Shown: positions 32,283 to 42,826 of the stretch, piece after piece
Position numbering within the stretch: the first letter of the stretch is position 1
How the letters are laid out: each line of letters opens with the position of its first letter
IMG/VR virus record: IMGVR_UViG_3300028747_000001
Origin: a virus
Length of the DNA stretch: 48,041 nucleotides
Direction: 5' to 3' (one strand)
Notes under the pieces: model-generated
What the model was told of the DNA's origin: nothing
Databases searched by the model: none
The model's input: only the letters and a program-made list of their open reading frames with translations
Program-made: the position numbers and the translations under genes

Positions 32283-33553
32283 GACGTCACGACCGTGATA
32301 GAGAACGCGGTGTTGTTGGTCTGTGCACGTGAACCTTGCGCGATGGCGATATCAACCGGTGTGAGCGAACCCGGCGACGTGCCGATATTGCAGATACGCA
32401 CGCGGCAACCGGGGCACTGTTGTACGACTGCTGCGGCTATTTCAAACGGACTGACATCCTGCCCGATGCCGACTGCAGAGAAGCCATCAACGTTGCCAAC
32501 GAAGTAATCCGCAACGGCCTGTGCTGCGTCGGCTTGCAGGTTACCCGTGTAAGTACCTTGCACGATTGTCATCGCACCATAGATAAATACATACGTTGGG
32601 ATATCGAACAAAACGTCGTACGTCTGACCGCTTGCGGGTTCAACGATGTCGACAGACTGCGCGCCATTCCAGCCCGCACCGTCCGTCTTGTTCTGCAACA
32701 ACGTCGCACCGATCTGTTGCGCGGTCGCAGTACCGTCGACGCAGGCCCAAATGCTGTGCGGTTGCAACGTGATGCCGTTGATGACTTCGACGGCGCTTGT
32801 AACATTTTCCAGATACGCTACCGACGTAACAAGCAGATTGTTGTTCGCGTCACGAATGTTATACAAGCCGGAAATCTGAGCTTGCGGCGTGCTGATACCC
32901 TGCAATGCAAGCGTGTTGTTACGCAGCGCACGCAGCGATGCATCAGCTTGCTTGTTCGTACCAATGGTTGTGACGCTAGGCGCGTGACCGCTTGGATAGG
33001 TCGCGCCAGTCTGGTCATTGCTGATGGTTTCCCATCCAAGAATAGAGTCGACAGGCCAGTCAAGCGTAAGGCTTGCAACGGCTGTTGGCCCTGCCACCTG
33101 TGCCGCGAACTGACCAAACGCAATACCACCACCCGAACCGTTGCTTGCCAGTATTACGCCGGTAGTCAGAACAAACACTGGACCATTCTGGCCGACCGAT
33201 GCACGCGTGCCAGCCGGAATGTTGGTATTGATGACACCCGTAAGCATCACATTCGTAACTTGCGTCGGTGTTGCCGGTGCACGGGTCAATCCCATTAGCG
33301 CGCAAAGCGCATCAAGGAATAGACCGCCTGCAAGCTTCGGGTTTATCTGGTTCGCGACCTTCGCATTGGTGTTGACTACCGCAGTGCGGGCGCTCGTTTC
33401 TGCCGTCACCTGTGCGCCAACGTATGTGCTTGGATCGGTGCTGATGTTCACACCGAACGCCAGTTCCCATTCGCTTTGCACGTCAGTCAGCACGTCTGAC
33501 GTATCTGGCGAGATAACGCCCGTTTCAGTGATGTAATCGTAGACGTCGCTCAT
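32279..33553 (-). CDS. Baseplate J-like wedge protein
   Basis: 424 aa. Its position after the gp25/W-like gene is typical. Confidence 0.65.
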   Translation of the reverse strand: MSDVYDYITETGVISPDTSDVLTDVQSEWELAFGVNISTDPSTYVGAQVTAETSARTAVVNTNAKVANQINPKLAGGLFLDALCALMGLTRAPATPTQVTNVMLTGVINTNIPAGTRASVGQNGPVFVLTTGVILASNGSGGGIAFGQFAAQVAGPTAVASLTLDWPVDSILGWETISNDQTGATYPSGHAPSVTTIGTNKQADASLRALRNNTLALQGISTPQAQISGLYNIRDANNNLLVTSVAYLENVTSAVEVINGITLQPHSIWACVDGTATAQQIGATLLQNKTDGAGWNGAQSVDIVEPASGQTYDVLFDIPTYVFIYGAMTIVQGTYTGNLQADAAQAVADYFVGNVDGFSAVGIGQDVSPFEIAAAVVQQCPGCRVRICNIGTSPGSLTPVDIAIAQGSRAQTNNTAFSITVVTS

Positions 33554-33918
33554 TGCGTCGCAATCCCCGTAATAGTTACTGACTCGTCATAGACCGTTGT
33601 GATGACTGCGGTATAGCTCAATACACCGTTCACAGACGACATGGTGAACGACTCGATGCCGGTCACGTCCGTTGTAGCAAGAATGATGGTGCGCGCCGCT
33701 GCTTCAAACTGTGAAGGATTGAACTGGTTGAATGCCGTCTGAAACATCGGCATTCCTTCGTTGTTCGCGTACTTCATTTCGTTTCGTTGCGCTTCGACCC
33801 GCGACTTGCTCAACTGTGCGACCGCTGCCGCGCCCGTGACAATTGCCATATCGCCGGTTTCAGGGTCGATAAATGGGTCGCGGTTTTCGTTCTCTGCAAA
33901 TAACATCAGCATGTTCAT
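33550..33918 (-). CDS. Baseplate wedge initiator (gp25/W-like position)
   Basis: 122 aa, coupled between the spike and J-like genes. Confidence 0.5.
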   Translation of the reverse strand: MNMLMLFAENENRDPFIDPETGDMAIVTGAAAVAQLSKSRVEAQRNEMKYANNEGMPMFQTAFNQFNPSQFEAAARTIILATTDVTGIESFTMSSVNGVLSYTAVITTVYDESVTITGIATQ

Positions 33919-34646
33919 GCTCCCACGACCCCGCCTGTATCGCCCGAACCTGTTTGCACACCGCTGTGTACGTGCGTCGGGAATGGCACGGTAGCGATTG
34001 TTGTCGCCACCGGCAAATTCACATTGCCGGTGAACATCGAGCCGAACCCGGTAGCGTCGACATCCAACGTTCCGGTGTTGATGCTGATTGACGAAGACGC
34101 GTTGATTTCAACCGTCGTGCCGTTGATCTGGATATCAGCACCAATCAGGTTAATTTTACCTTCTGACATGACAATGCGCGTTGAACCGTCAAGCGTGCTG
34201 ATGACCATCGCTCCACTATCGAGCGTAAACGTCCATTGGTCGTACACGTCGGGGATGAACCGGCCGTTCTCAAACGAATGAATCCGACCATCGTTAGGGG
34301 ATGACATTTGCGCGCCTTGCAGGAATAGCGAAATGTCGCGGTCACTCGCTTCAATCCATCCAAGATCACCGGGGCCAAGCGGAAAGTTGATGAACAGACC
34401 GCCGCCGCCGATAGCAAGTACCGGCACGGCAGCGATAGGAGCGCGCCCAACGCGTTGCGCACTGGTGCTAATCATGCTGATAAGTGGTTGAACCATCGCG
34501 CGGTTTGTGGCGCGGTTATAACTGACAATACGGGCAGGCAACTGGCCGTCCGTTTTCATCATCAGTTTGCGGAAAATGTACGATAGCGCGCCGCCAAGGT
34601 CACCATCAATGGATGGCGGTTTATCGGGTATAAGTGGTGTGTTCAT
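33915..34646 (-). CDS. Baseplate central spike (gpV/gp138-like)
   Basis: OB-fold-like N-terminus (ARIVSYN...MVQP) and a C-terminal tip with THVHSG (an HxH metal motif). Confidence 0.65.
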   Translation of the reverse strand: MNTPLIPDKPPSIDGDLGGALSYIFRKLMMKTDGQLPARIVSYNRATNRAMVQPLISMISTSAQRVGRAPIAAVPVLAIGGGGLFINFPLGPGDLGWIEASDRDISLFLQGAQMSSPNDGRIHSFENGRFIPDVYDQWTFTLDSGAMVISTLDGSTRIVMSEGKINLIGADIQINGTTVEINASSSISINTGTLDVDATGFGSMFTGNVNLPVATTIATVPFPTHVHSGVQTGSGDTGGVVGA

Positions 34647-35518
34647 GATGGCAGGCTGTTAGTCCAGAACATTTGTGGATACTTCGTTGCTTCGATGATG
34701 TCGTAAAACGCAACGTCACGTGTAGCGATTTCAAAGCCCGTTCGATAGATAGTGTAATTGCCGTTCAGTGACGGATTTTGCACACTCTGCAACGTCAGAA
34801 TGCCACCTAACTTTACGCCCGGCGATAACAGGCATTTGACACGGATGCCATATTCGGTCAATTCAACCTGACCAATCATTCCGCTATCAGGCGACAAGAC
34901 GAATGCGGTGTTCGTCAACGCAACGCCCTTATCCTTGCACACCAATGTGTTGTCATCGACATACGCATCTACTGCACCAAGTGACTGAAGCTTTGTTACC
35001 TGCCCTGCGGTGCTGCCGTTGTACGCATAGTTTGCGATGTTGCGGTCGGTCGCTTCGAATTGCAGATTGAGCCCCATCTGACTCGCGATGTTCTGCGATA
35101 TCTGCGATAGCGGTGCAGTGATGCCATACGATTGCGCGACAAGATCATTCTTGTAAAACTGCATGGTGCGCGACCGGATATTCATGATGATGTCAGGCGG
35201 TTGTGACGGCACCGCCGTAACGATGTCGCCCTGATAACGCAAGAACATGCCGGTACTGATGCGGCCCGCCCATACCTGCACAGACTTGCGCACCTGGTTA
35301 TAGTCGAATGGTGTCAGGTTCGTTGCCAGCGAATTGCGCAACTGCCGCGACAGGTTGGCGATTTGAATCGAGCATTCGTTCTGCGTCACGTCAACGAACT
35401 TGCTACCGGTCGCAACGATCAGCGGCGGCTCTTTGGGGTCACCCATTGACGTATCAATCGTGGCGCTTTCAGTACCCCATGTGAATACCAGCTTTACGAT
35501 ACGATCGTCAAACATCAT
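34643..35518 (-). CDS. Baseplate hub-like protein
   Basis: 291 aa. Position between the tape-measure-proximal genes and the spike. Confidence 0.5.
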   Translation of the reverse strand: MMFDDRIVKLVFTWGTESATIDTSMGDPKEPPLIVATGSKFVDVTQNECSIQIANLSRQLRNSLATNLTPFDYNQVRKSVQVWAGRISTGMFLRYQGDIVTAVPSQPPDIIMNIRSRTMQFYKNDLVAQSYGITAPLSQISQNIASQMGLNLQFEATDRNIANYAYNGSTAGQVTKLQSLGAVDAYVDDNTLVCKDKGVALTNTAFVLSPDSGMIGQVELTEYGIRVKCLLSPGVKLGGILTLQSVQNPSLNGNYTIYRTGFEIATRDVAFYDIIEATKYPQMFWTNSLPS

Positions 35519-35880
35519 GCCGCCTGATTGGATGCAAGTGTGATTGTTTGCGCGTTCGCGGCAATCGTCGCGCGGCCCGTTACCATTTCTGCGTTGCTCG
35601 CGTATAGCAGCACGTCGCCCGCACCAAAATTCTCATAATTCGGGTTGCCGCCGCTGGCAGTTGTCCAGAAGAAATTGCCGCCATCACCTTCGAGGTATTC
35701 GTAAGGGATGACCATTTGACCAACGAGACACGGGCACGATGATGCAACCACGGCACCATTTACGGTGACATCCATGAACATCATGTCGTCGCCATCGAAC
35801 CAGACTCGGATGTCGTATTGCTGGCCGTCTGCGGTAAAGGTCGGTTCCTGATTCGGAATCGCCTGCAAGTTAATCGGCAT
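35515..35880 (-). CDS. Tail/baseplate protein (121 aa)
   Basis: TGATG overlap with the upstream gene. Confidence 0.5.
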   Translation of the reverse strand: MPINLQAIPNQEPTFTADGQQYDIRVWFDGDDMMFMDVTVNGAVVASSCPCLVGQMVIPYEYLEGDGGNFFWTTASGGNPNYENFGAGDVLLYASNAEMVTGRATIAANAQTITLASNQAA

Positions 35881-36476
35881 CAATTGAAGATACCCCCTAA
35901 AAAACTACCGATCTGATACAGCGCCGATTGTTGCGGTTGCTGCGCGCCGGTCTGTACAGTTGACTGGTCTTGTGGCTGTTGCACATTACTGGCCGTGAGC
36001 GCCTGATACTGAACCGTGACCATCTGGATTTGTCGCAATTTGATGGCAAGCGGGATGGCGTCAAACATGTCGGCGCTTTCTTCGTGCGGCATCGCCTGAA
36101 TCAACATGTCAGGAAACACATCGGCTTTAGTCTGAATCGATACTTGCGTGCCGCTCAGAAAATAGCCTTTAATCGACTGATACACGGCTTGGTATTCGCC
36201 ATCGCTGGCAAGCACCATGGATAGTTCGATGTCGACCGGTTGGATAATCATGAAGTCCTGCACAACCGACCCGGTTTCAATCGGATGTTCCATGATCTTT
36301 GCGGAACGGTTGATGTTCGCTTTCATCGGCCGCGCAGTCTGGAACAATTGCTCAAACGTGTCGTTGTCATAAATACCAACGACGTCCACACCAAATAGCG
36401 ACAACACGCTCTGAGCAATGTTGTTAATTGCACCTAATGTGCCCTGCGCGTTACCAACGATATTCGTGAAACCCAT
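35880..36476 (-). CDS. Tail protein distal to the tape measure (198 aa)
   Basis: Position; ATG start. Confidence 0.5.
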   Translation of the reverse strand: MGFTNIVGNAQGTLGAINNIAQSVLSLFGVDVVGIYDNDTFEQLFQTARPMKANINRSAKIMEHPIETGSVVQDFMIIQPVDIELSMVLASDGEYQAVYQSIKGYFLSGTQVSIQTKADVFPDMLIQAMPHEESADMFDAIPLAIKLRQIQMVTVQYQALTASNVQQPQDQSTVQTGAQQPQQSALYQIGSFLGGIFN

Positions 36477-36478
36477 GG

Positions 36479-38497
36479 TTACCCCGCGATGCCGTCAGTA
36501 TGCTGATCAACGGCGTTATTGATGTGTTGCTTCAATGCATCTTGCACGGCCTTTGCGGTGGCTTGTGGGTTGTCAGCAGCGTGTACATTGATGTCACCCA
36601 CGGTGACCTGTGTTGTCCTTGCACCACCAACGTTAGTTGTTGCACCGCCTGCACCGGGTTGCGCGAGCGGACTGCTATCGGCCGCGTTTACCTGCGCCTG
36701 CCCGGCATAAATCTGTGCTGCGTATGCTTCACGCCGGGCGTTGTTGGCTTCTGCCGAACCGGGACGTTCGTAATACTTGGAATGAATATCGGCCGCTTCC
36801 TCTGCGGTCGTTGCAGCGCGCAGACGTTTGCCGGCCGATTGCTCTTTACCTTGCGTTACTTCGTAATTGAAGAAACGCAACTGTTCGTCAAGGCTTGATC
36901 CTTCGAGCGGATGACCTGACCATTTTTCGAAGTCGGCGCGGCGCGAGCCAAGCCATTGACCCAAACCGTATGCGCCTGATGATGAGTTGAGCGCATCGGC
37001 CTTACCGCCCGATTCCTGCATGAATGAACCGGCAATGCCCGCCGCCTGCTCACGTGTCCACCCCATACCCTGCAACGACGTCGCAATCTGCCGTCCCGTA
37101 CCGGTGTTACCAAGACGTGCGGTCGCGGCTGGTGTTGATGGCGGCGCACTGCTACCGACCTGGATATTGTCATACTTGCCACCCGTTTCGCTAGCCAGCC
37201 AGTTGCCAAGTTTGTCGAGCCACGCTGGCATTGCCACGCTGGCGAGCTTGCCTAACCATTGCCAGAATTTCTCAACCAGTCCAACACCCTTATCGAACAG
37301 GTCAACGATAGGTTGCAATGCACCTTTGTACTTGTTCCACGCGGTGACACCTTCCGTGAGCAGCACGTTTGCCGCCCACTTGATTGCGTCGGTGATGAGC
37401 TTCCATGACATCTGCACGATTTCAGCAACGCTGCGCGCGATGCGACCGATGATAGGCCAGCGCGAGACAATTTCACCAATCAACGATTCCTGACCGTTGC
37501 GGAACTTTTCAATGTCATCAACCACAAGCCCAATTGCAAGCCCAAGTGCGATAAAAGGCGCAGCAGCAAGCAATACAGGCGCTATAAGCGCCCACAAGGC
37601 ACCAGCGGCAACAACCAGCGGCGGAACAAGCACGGCGGCAACGACGGCCCCGATAGCGGCGAATGTTGCGATTGCGACGGCCTTGTGTTCAGACATCCAC
37701 GTAATCATTTTGTCCAGACCCTGCACGACCCACGTGAATGCCGGTAGTAGCTCTTGAGCGATACTACGTTTGACCCCTTCAAACGACAAGCTAAGTTCCT
37801 TCTGAGCAATCGTGTACTTGAGCGACGCGTCGGCCTGTTCCTGCGTTACCGCATGTAGCTCACGTTCTTTGGCAATCAGTTCGTCAAACGCACGACGCCC
37901 CTGTGCCAGTAGCATGATGGTTCCCTGGTCAAGACCCAACTTCTGACCAAGGAAAATTTGTTGTGTACGATTCAACTTTGAGAAGTTATCCGCGATAGCA
38001 GACAATGCAAGCGTCGGGTCTTTGATCGATTCGCGCATCACCTGTGCCGATGCGCCCAATTGCTGAAATGCCATGGTCATTGGACTGACACCGACGGTAC
38101 CAAACCGTGCGACTTCTACGAAACCATCGCGCAACTTGCCAAGCGTTGATGCTGCCTGGTCAGCGGTGCCGCCCATTGAAATTGTCGCCGCCTGATACGC
38201 CGACATCGATTCAACGGACATGTTCATTGCGCGGGCCTGCAACGCGGTTGCTGCGGTTGCTGCTGCTGTGTCGTTGACCAGCGCCTTGATTGCGCCAAGT
38301 GCGAGTACTCCCGCCAACGCACCAGCCGCATTCTTTGCCATATTCACAAAGTTCGATGCCAGTTTGTCGACAGACAGGTCGACGTCATCCACTGATTTTT
38401 TGAGCTTCTTCAGTGATACGTCGCCTTCTTCAGTGCCTTTTTTCACCTTCGAGACATCTGCCTCAAACATGAAAAAGAAAGTATCCAGAATATTCAC
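36479..38497 (-). CDS. Tape measure protein with a C-terminal tail-lysozyme-like domain
   Basis: 672 aa, with central transmembrane-like segments. GWTREQAAGIAGSFMQESGG...YGLGQW resembles phage tail lysozyme/transglycosylase motifs. GTG start. Confidence 0.8.
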   Translation of the reverse strand: MNILDTFFFMFEADVSKVKKGTEEGDVSLKKLKKSVDDVDLSVDKLASNFVNMAKNAAGALAGVLALGAIKALVNDTAAATAATALQARAMNMSVESMSAYQAATISMGGTADQAASTLGKLRDGFVEVARFGTVGVSPMTMAFQQLGASAQVMRESIKDPTLALSAIADNFSKLNRTQQIFLGQKLGLDQGTIMLLAQGRRAFDELIAKERELHAVTQEQADASLKYTIAQKELSLSFEGVKRSIAQELLPAFTWVVQGLDKMITWMSEHKAVAIATFAAIGAVVAAVLVPPLVVAAGALWALIAPVLLAAAPFIALGLAIGLVVDDIEKFRNGQESLIGEIVSRWPIIGRIARSVAEIVQMSWKLITDAIKWAANVLLTEGVTAWNKYKGALQPIVDLFDKGVGLVEKFWQWLGKLASVAMPAWLDKLGNWLASETGGKYDNIQVGSSAPPSTPAATARLGNTGTGRQIATSLQGMGWTREQAAGIAGSFMQESGGKADALNSSSGAYGLGQWLGSRRADFEKWSGHPLEGSSLDEQLRFFNYEVTQGKEQSAGKRLRAATTAEEAADIHSKYYERPGSAEANNARREAYAAQIYAGQAQVNAADSSPLAQPGAGGATTNVGGARTTQVTVGDINVHAADNPQATAKAVQDALKQHINNAVDQHTDGIAG

Positions 38498-38512
38498 GGT
38501 TTGGTTGCTCCG

Positions 38513-39078
38513 TTATCTTTGTTGCTGTGCTTTGCGCTCTGCTTCTTGTGCGGAAAGATATTCGTTAGCCCTGCGTACCATGATGACTTCGAGCATGTTC
38601 ATCGCATCTTCGAGCGTGTACACGGTACGCAGTTCTATCAGGGTTGCGCCGCCCCGTCCTGCTTCGCTTGTAACGCAGGCGATAAGTCCGTCAACGTTTT
38701 CTGAATCAATGCGACGGCCTGCGTCATCACGCGGTCTAGGATACCGGATAGCTTTCCGTTGCCGAAAAAAGCGAAGTTGTAATTCATCATCGCCCATTCC
38801 AGCCGTAACAAATCCTCTGCATTCTTGACGTGGTTGTCGACCAGCGCTTGCGTGGACAACGTTAGCGGCGTTTCGCGACCGTCAATCGCGACCGCGACAT
38901 GCGACATAATCTTGAGCATCAGCGCTTCGTTGGTGCTGTAGTCGCCTACTTTCGGCAACGCACTGGTCGGGTATTGCATGATGATTTCACGCCCGACCGT
39001 TGCGGGAAACTTCGACAGCATGAACGACGCACCACCGTGCGACGTCGGGCCGTCTTCGAATAGTTTTGGTTGAATCAT
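38513..39078 (-). CDS. Tail assembly chaperone, -1 frameshift fusion product (G-T type)
   Basis: Frame 0 reads ...NFAFF. After slippage on TTTTTTC the -1 frame reads FFRQRKAIRYPRP... to the stop at 38513. Confidence 0.7.
38638..39078 (-). CDS. Tail assembly chaperone (short, non-frameshifted product)
   Basis: 146 aa, between the tube and tape measure genes. Confidence 0.75.
   Translation of the reverse strand: MIQPKLFEDGPTSHGGASFMLSKFPATVGREIIMQYPTSALPKVGDYSTNEALMLKIMSHVAVAIDGRETPLTLSTQALVDNHVKNAEDLLRLEWAMMNYNFAFFGNGKLSGILDRVMTQAVALIQKTLTDLSPALQAKQDGAAQP
38764..38770 (-). promoter_or_regulatory. Slippery heptamer T TTT TTC for -1 programmed frameshifting
   Basis: Plus strand gaaaaaa. Frame arithmetic (codon tops shift from 0 to 1 mod 3) fits a -1 shift. 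Confidence 0.7.
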
Positions 39079-39101
39079 GATGGGATTCCTGTTAATGAAA
39101 A

Positions 39102-39120
39102 GGGCCGCGCGAAGCGGCCC
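39102..39120 (-). terminator. Terminator/attenuator after the tube gene
   Basis: Stem gggccgc/gcggccc, then TTTTCATT on the minus strand. Confidence 0.6.
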
Positions 39121-39146
39121 ATCTATTATCGCATCCGGCCGGATAG

Positions 39147-39611
39147 TTACCCGGTCAGGCCCGCACGTGCGATTGTGATGTTCTGAAATGCGAACTTGTA
39201 TTGCTTCGATTTCATACGACCAGCCGACGAAATACTGTTGCTGATGCTACCGGAAAGCAGTTTGCCGGTACTGAGCGTTACGATTGCCCCGGACGGATAC
39301 TGACCGACCAGCGTGATGCGGTCGAGCGCCGATTGCTTGTTCTTGCCGACACGGTTCGCGGCGAGCAACACCGCAAGGTTGTTGTCGTCATCGGATTCAG
39401 GGATGACGCTCAGTGTGCACGGCAACGGGATGGCCTTTGACCATGAAATCATGTCGCCATTCAGGCCCATCGCTACTTCTGCGATGTTGATGTCGGGAAA
39501 ATCGAATGGGTCTGCATCATCCGCGAACTGTTCGATAGGCAACGCAAGTGGGTATGTGGTCGTTGCCCGCAACGTGATGACTAGACCAAACCCGCCAATT
39601 TCACCATTCAT
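39147..39611 (-). CDS. Tail tube protein
   Basis: 154 aa, directly downstream of the sheath gene. Confidence 0.7.
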   Translation of the reverse strand: MNGEIGGFGLVITLRATTTYPLALPIEQFADDADPFDFPDINIAEVAMGLNGDMISWSKAIPLPCTLSVIPESDDDNNLAVLLAANRVGKNKQSALDRITLVGQYPSGAIVTLSTGKLLSGSISNSISSAGRMKSKQYKFAFQNITIARAGLTG

Positions 39612-39670
39612 GATTGTTGCTCCAAAGTTTGTAACTGTGACAAGATGCGCGGCGAACCGCGCATGCCCGC

Positions 39671-41266
39671 TTAGATCAGTTGGTGAGAACCGGTGATGGT
39701 GTTGATAACGTTGTCTTTCACATAGATAATCGTGTAGTTCAACGTATATTCAGTCACCCCATTGTTGACGGCCGACGTAATGTTGCTACCTTTCCAGTAT
39801 CCGTTCGTCTGGACCTGTTGCCATGCCGTCGAATCGTTCGTTTGCTGCGTGATGTAGATTTGCTGCGTCAACGACAGCAAACCGTTCGCCTGAATGGTGC
39901 CGTTGGCAAGCGCCAGCTGAATGCCAGTTGCAGGCGTCAGGCTGGTTGCTTCATTGCCTTCCAGCACGCTTTCGCACATGATCTGCCCGCGCTTGTTGGC
40001 CGGAATCTGCCCGACACCAAGTTGCAGGTTCATGAGGTTCGCGCCGCACATGTCCTTGAACCACTGCTCGTTCGCGAACACCGTCGACGTGACTGGCGCA
40101 GTTGCACCGCCGCACAGATTGCCGCGCTGATAAAACGCGATATTAGTGCCAGCCGTCTGCGTTACGCCGTAGTAATTAACGCGGGCCGCGTCGAGCGCAT
40201 CGGATTGCACGGTACCGGGGTTGTCGTTGATAGACGCGCCGAAATCGCTGTTCTGGCGGTACATGAAGTTGATAGTACCGTTGACGGCATTAAAGTTGAT
40301 CGCAGCATGAATCGCAGCGGGCAACATTTCAATGTACTGACGAACACCCGCGCCATTGGCGTTGACATCCTCGTATTCCAGACCAAGGCCCGCAATACCG
40401 ATCAGTGCGGCAGACCATGCGACCCATGTGGTCGGACTGACGAACACGCGGAAAATGAACATGACGTTCAATGCTGCGTTGGCTTCACCCACTGCGGTTG
40501 CATCGGATAGCGTCAGGTCCGACGCGTCCGTATACATGATTTCGCCGCAGTTGTTGTTCAGTGCGGTAACGCGCGAGAAACCGGCGACTCTAGTTTCAAG
40601 AAGCGATGCGCCATTGACCAGTGCGCCTTGCGATGCATACCAGCCCAATGCAGCGGCGACGTCGTTCGCGCTTGTTGCACCTTCCGGTGTGACCACCTGA
40701 AACGTTTCTGTTGCTGTGACTGTCGGGTTTGCGGTGAAATCAAACGCCTGTGACGTCGCGTTGAATGCGACCACGCATGCGGTAAGTTCGGCATTGGGCG
40801 ATTGCGCCGTTGCTGCAATGAGCGCCGTCTGCAACGTCGTGGCAACCGCCGCCAACGTTCCGTCTGTCGCAAAATCCAGACCGGTCAGGTTCACAGTGGT
40901 CGCGCCGAACTTGAGCGACAACACACCGGCCGTAATCGCGTTCAATGCTGCCAGCGTCGCAATACTTGCCTCGCCGTAGATCGTCGCGGGCTGATTGGCT
41001 TCGACCCAACGTGCGTACTGGATTGCGACCGGCGCGTTACCAAGCACCGATTCATAATCGAAGTACACAACGGCGCGTTGATATTCTTCGGAAGTCGTTC
41101 CAAAGAAGTCGCCAACGTCGGCCGCGCTGGTGAATTGCAGAATTGCGCTAGGCCCAACTAGCGCGCTTGTTGTGAAGATGCGGGCACACCATTGCCGTTG
41201 GGGCACTTGTGCCGCAGCACCGACCACCGAATTGATGTCGATGAATTTCGTAAATCTGATTGCCAT
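39671..41266 (-). CDS. Contractile tail sheath protein
   Basis: 531 aa, upstream of the tube, chaperone and tape measure genes. Confidence 0.75.
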   Translation of the reverse strand: MAIRFTKFIDINSVVGAAAQVPQRQWCARIFTTSALVGPSAILQFTSAADVGDFFGTTSEEYQRAVVYFDYESVLGNAPVAIQYARWVEANQPATIYGEASIATLAALNAITAGVLSLKFGATTVNLTGLDFATDGTLAAVATTLQTALIAATAQSPNAELTACVVAFNATSQAFDFTANPTVTATETFQVVTPEGATSANDVAAALGWYASQGALVNGASLLETRVAGFSRVTALNNNCGEIMYTDASDLTLSDATAVGEANAALNVMFIFRVFVSPTTWVAWSAALIGIAGLGLEYEDVNANGAGVRQYIEMLPAAIHAAINFNAVNGTINFMYRQNSDFGASINDNPGTVQSDALDAARVNYYGVTQTAGTNIAFYQRGNLCGGATAPVTSTVFANEQWFKDMCGANLMNLQLGVGQIPANKRGQIMCESVLEGNEATSLTPATGIQLALANGTIQANGLLSLTQQIYITQQTNDSTAWQQVQTNGYWKGSNITSAVNNGVTEYTLNYTIIYVKDNVINTITGSHQLI

Positions 41267-41281
41267 TTGGCATTCTCCTGT

Positions 41282-41821
41282 TTAGATGCGGTCAAACGTG
41301 CCGTCAAAGTCAGTAATCGCGCCAGTCTGTGTTGTGAACACGTCTTTGTGCGTGAATATGATATCAAACGGTGCCCATAGAACGTTCTGGCCGGTGTCAT
41401 CCTTGAACCAGATAGCGCCTAAATCGATTACTCGAAACACGTTGAAACCTGCCGCGACGAATGCAGCAAGGTTTGTTTCGTCGGTCATTATGCTGTTGGC
41501 AATGCCAGCAAGGTCCGTTGATGTCAATGCGGTCGGTGTTGCAGGACTAGCGTTTGGTGCGCACCCCGCGATCTGAAACCGCGTATGCATCACCTGTGTT
41601 TTGGTCGTTGTGAAGCCGGGGTTCGGCGCGTTGGACACGTCCTTGTATGCGGGCCACCCCCAAGGCTTGCGCGGCCCCAACGAATGAAATATAGCGGGTG
41701 TCGACGGCGCAACGAATTGTCGCGGCTGATTGTTCTGGATAACACCGGCAGTGACGCTGCGCGCTGCAAGCCCTGCAACCAGCGTATTTTGCAACTGCAA
41801 CTGAATAGCCGAATCAAGCAT
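41282..41821 (-). CDS. Tail completion/neck protein (179 aa)
   Basis: Start at MLDSAIQLQ... overlapping the upstream stop by 8 nt. Confidence 0.45.
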   Translation of the reverse strand: MLDSAIQLQLQNTLVAGLAARSVTAGVIQNNQPRQFVAPSTPAIFHSLGPRKPWGWPAYKDVSNAPNPGFTTTKTQVMHTRFQIAGCAPNASPATPTALTSTDLAGIANSIMTDETNLAAFVAAGFNVFRVIDLGAIWFKDDTGQNVLWAPFDIIFTHKDVFTTQTGAITDFDGTFDRI

Positions 41822-42251
41822 TTGTTGTATTCCCCGTTGCTGGTCCGATGTCCTGACCAAGTGCATATGTCCAACTATCAGAACTCAACCACGGCGTGTC
41901 ACCAACGAGTTGATAGCGACGCGATACACCAGCTATCAGCGTGCCGTTCTTGTTGATCGGGTATTCAATGACATCGCCCGACTTGTCAGGACCGCGACTG
42001 ACTGACTGCGCATTAACGTTGGGCACAAACCATGTGACGTACTTTGCCTCACGGTCAAGCCCATAGGCGTCGTACCGGCTTCGCGGCACCGGTTGGACGC
42101 TACCTAGCGTAACGGTCTGCGGCGCGTTGTACGTGACCAGATTCAGGCCGGTCGTACCCGATTCCTGTGAGGCGAACTGAAACCAGTTTACCGTTTGCGA
42201 CCCTTGCACCGACAACGCAAGTTTGAGTAGATTGGAGCCAGGGATAATCAT
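41814..42251 (-). CDS. Head-tail joining protein (145 aa)
   Basis: Position; coupled. Confidence 0.45.
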   Translation of the reverse strand: MIIPGSNLLKLALSVQGSQTVNWFQFASQESGTTGLNLVTYNAPQTVTLGSVQPVPRSRYDAYGLDREAKYVTWFVPNVNAQSVSRGPDKSGDVIEYPINKNGTLIAGVSRRYQLVGDTPWLSSDSWTYALGQDIGPATGNTTNA

Positions 42252-42826
42252 GTCTGGTCGACCTTTTCAGGTTCGTTCATGTTGACGCTAAATGACACGG
42301 TTGCACGCATGTAGCCCGAATCATTCAACGGTGCATCTGCAATACCCTGAGCTTCTTCGCGCGCCTTGTCGGGGTCACTCTTGATAAGCGCTGCAATCTC
42401 CCCAATCGTCTTGCCGGTGACTTTCTTGCCATCGCGACGATACGCGCGTGCGACCAGCGTAATCAACGACAGACCGCCTGCACGCGATATCTCCGCAAGC
42501 TTATGTTGAATGTCACCGCCCACTTGCAGACCAATTGCCGATAGCGCGTCTTCAGTTGTCATTTTGCCAGTGACGACGCGCCGGGATAACTGCAACATCA
42601 GTTCCGCCCATTCCTGCTCGCGAGCATCTGCCGTCGTTTGAAGAAAGGGCCGTTTGTGCGGCCCCAATTCGTTGATAGCTGCAACGTAGGCAACGGGCGT
42701 TGCGTTGTCGTCCGGGTATCGTGACGATTCAAACCAGCCGATACGAACATTCGCACCAGACAAATCTTTAAGCGCCTTGGTGAACGCGCCGGATGCATTG
42801 CCCGGCACTCTGCGTATCGTTGCCAT
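42248..42826 (-). CDS. Head-tail joining protein (192 aa)
   Basis: Position; TAATG overlap with the upstream gene. Confidence 0.45.
   Translation of the reverse strand: MATIRRVPGNASGAFTKALKDLSGANVRIGWFESSRYPDDNATPVAYVAAINELGPHKRPFLQTTADAREQEWAELMLQLSRRVVTGKMTTEDALSAIGLQVGGDIQHKLAEISRAGGLSLITLVARAYRRDGKKVTGKTIGEIAALIKSDPDKAREEAQGIADAPLNDSGYMRATVSFSVNMNEPEKVDQT

Noticed and set aside
39645-39664. Hairpins atgcgcgg/ccgcgcat after the sheath gene and acgcggcg/cgccgcgt at 45034-45054 as terminators
   Set aside because: Both have good stems but no U-tract on the transcribed strand. They are more likely RNA-stabilising or processing hairpins, so they are not called as terminators.
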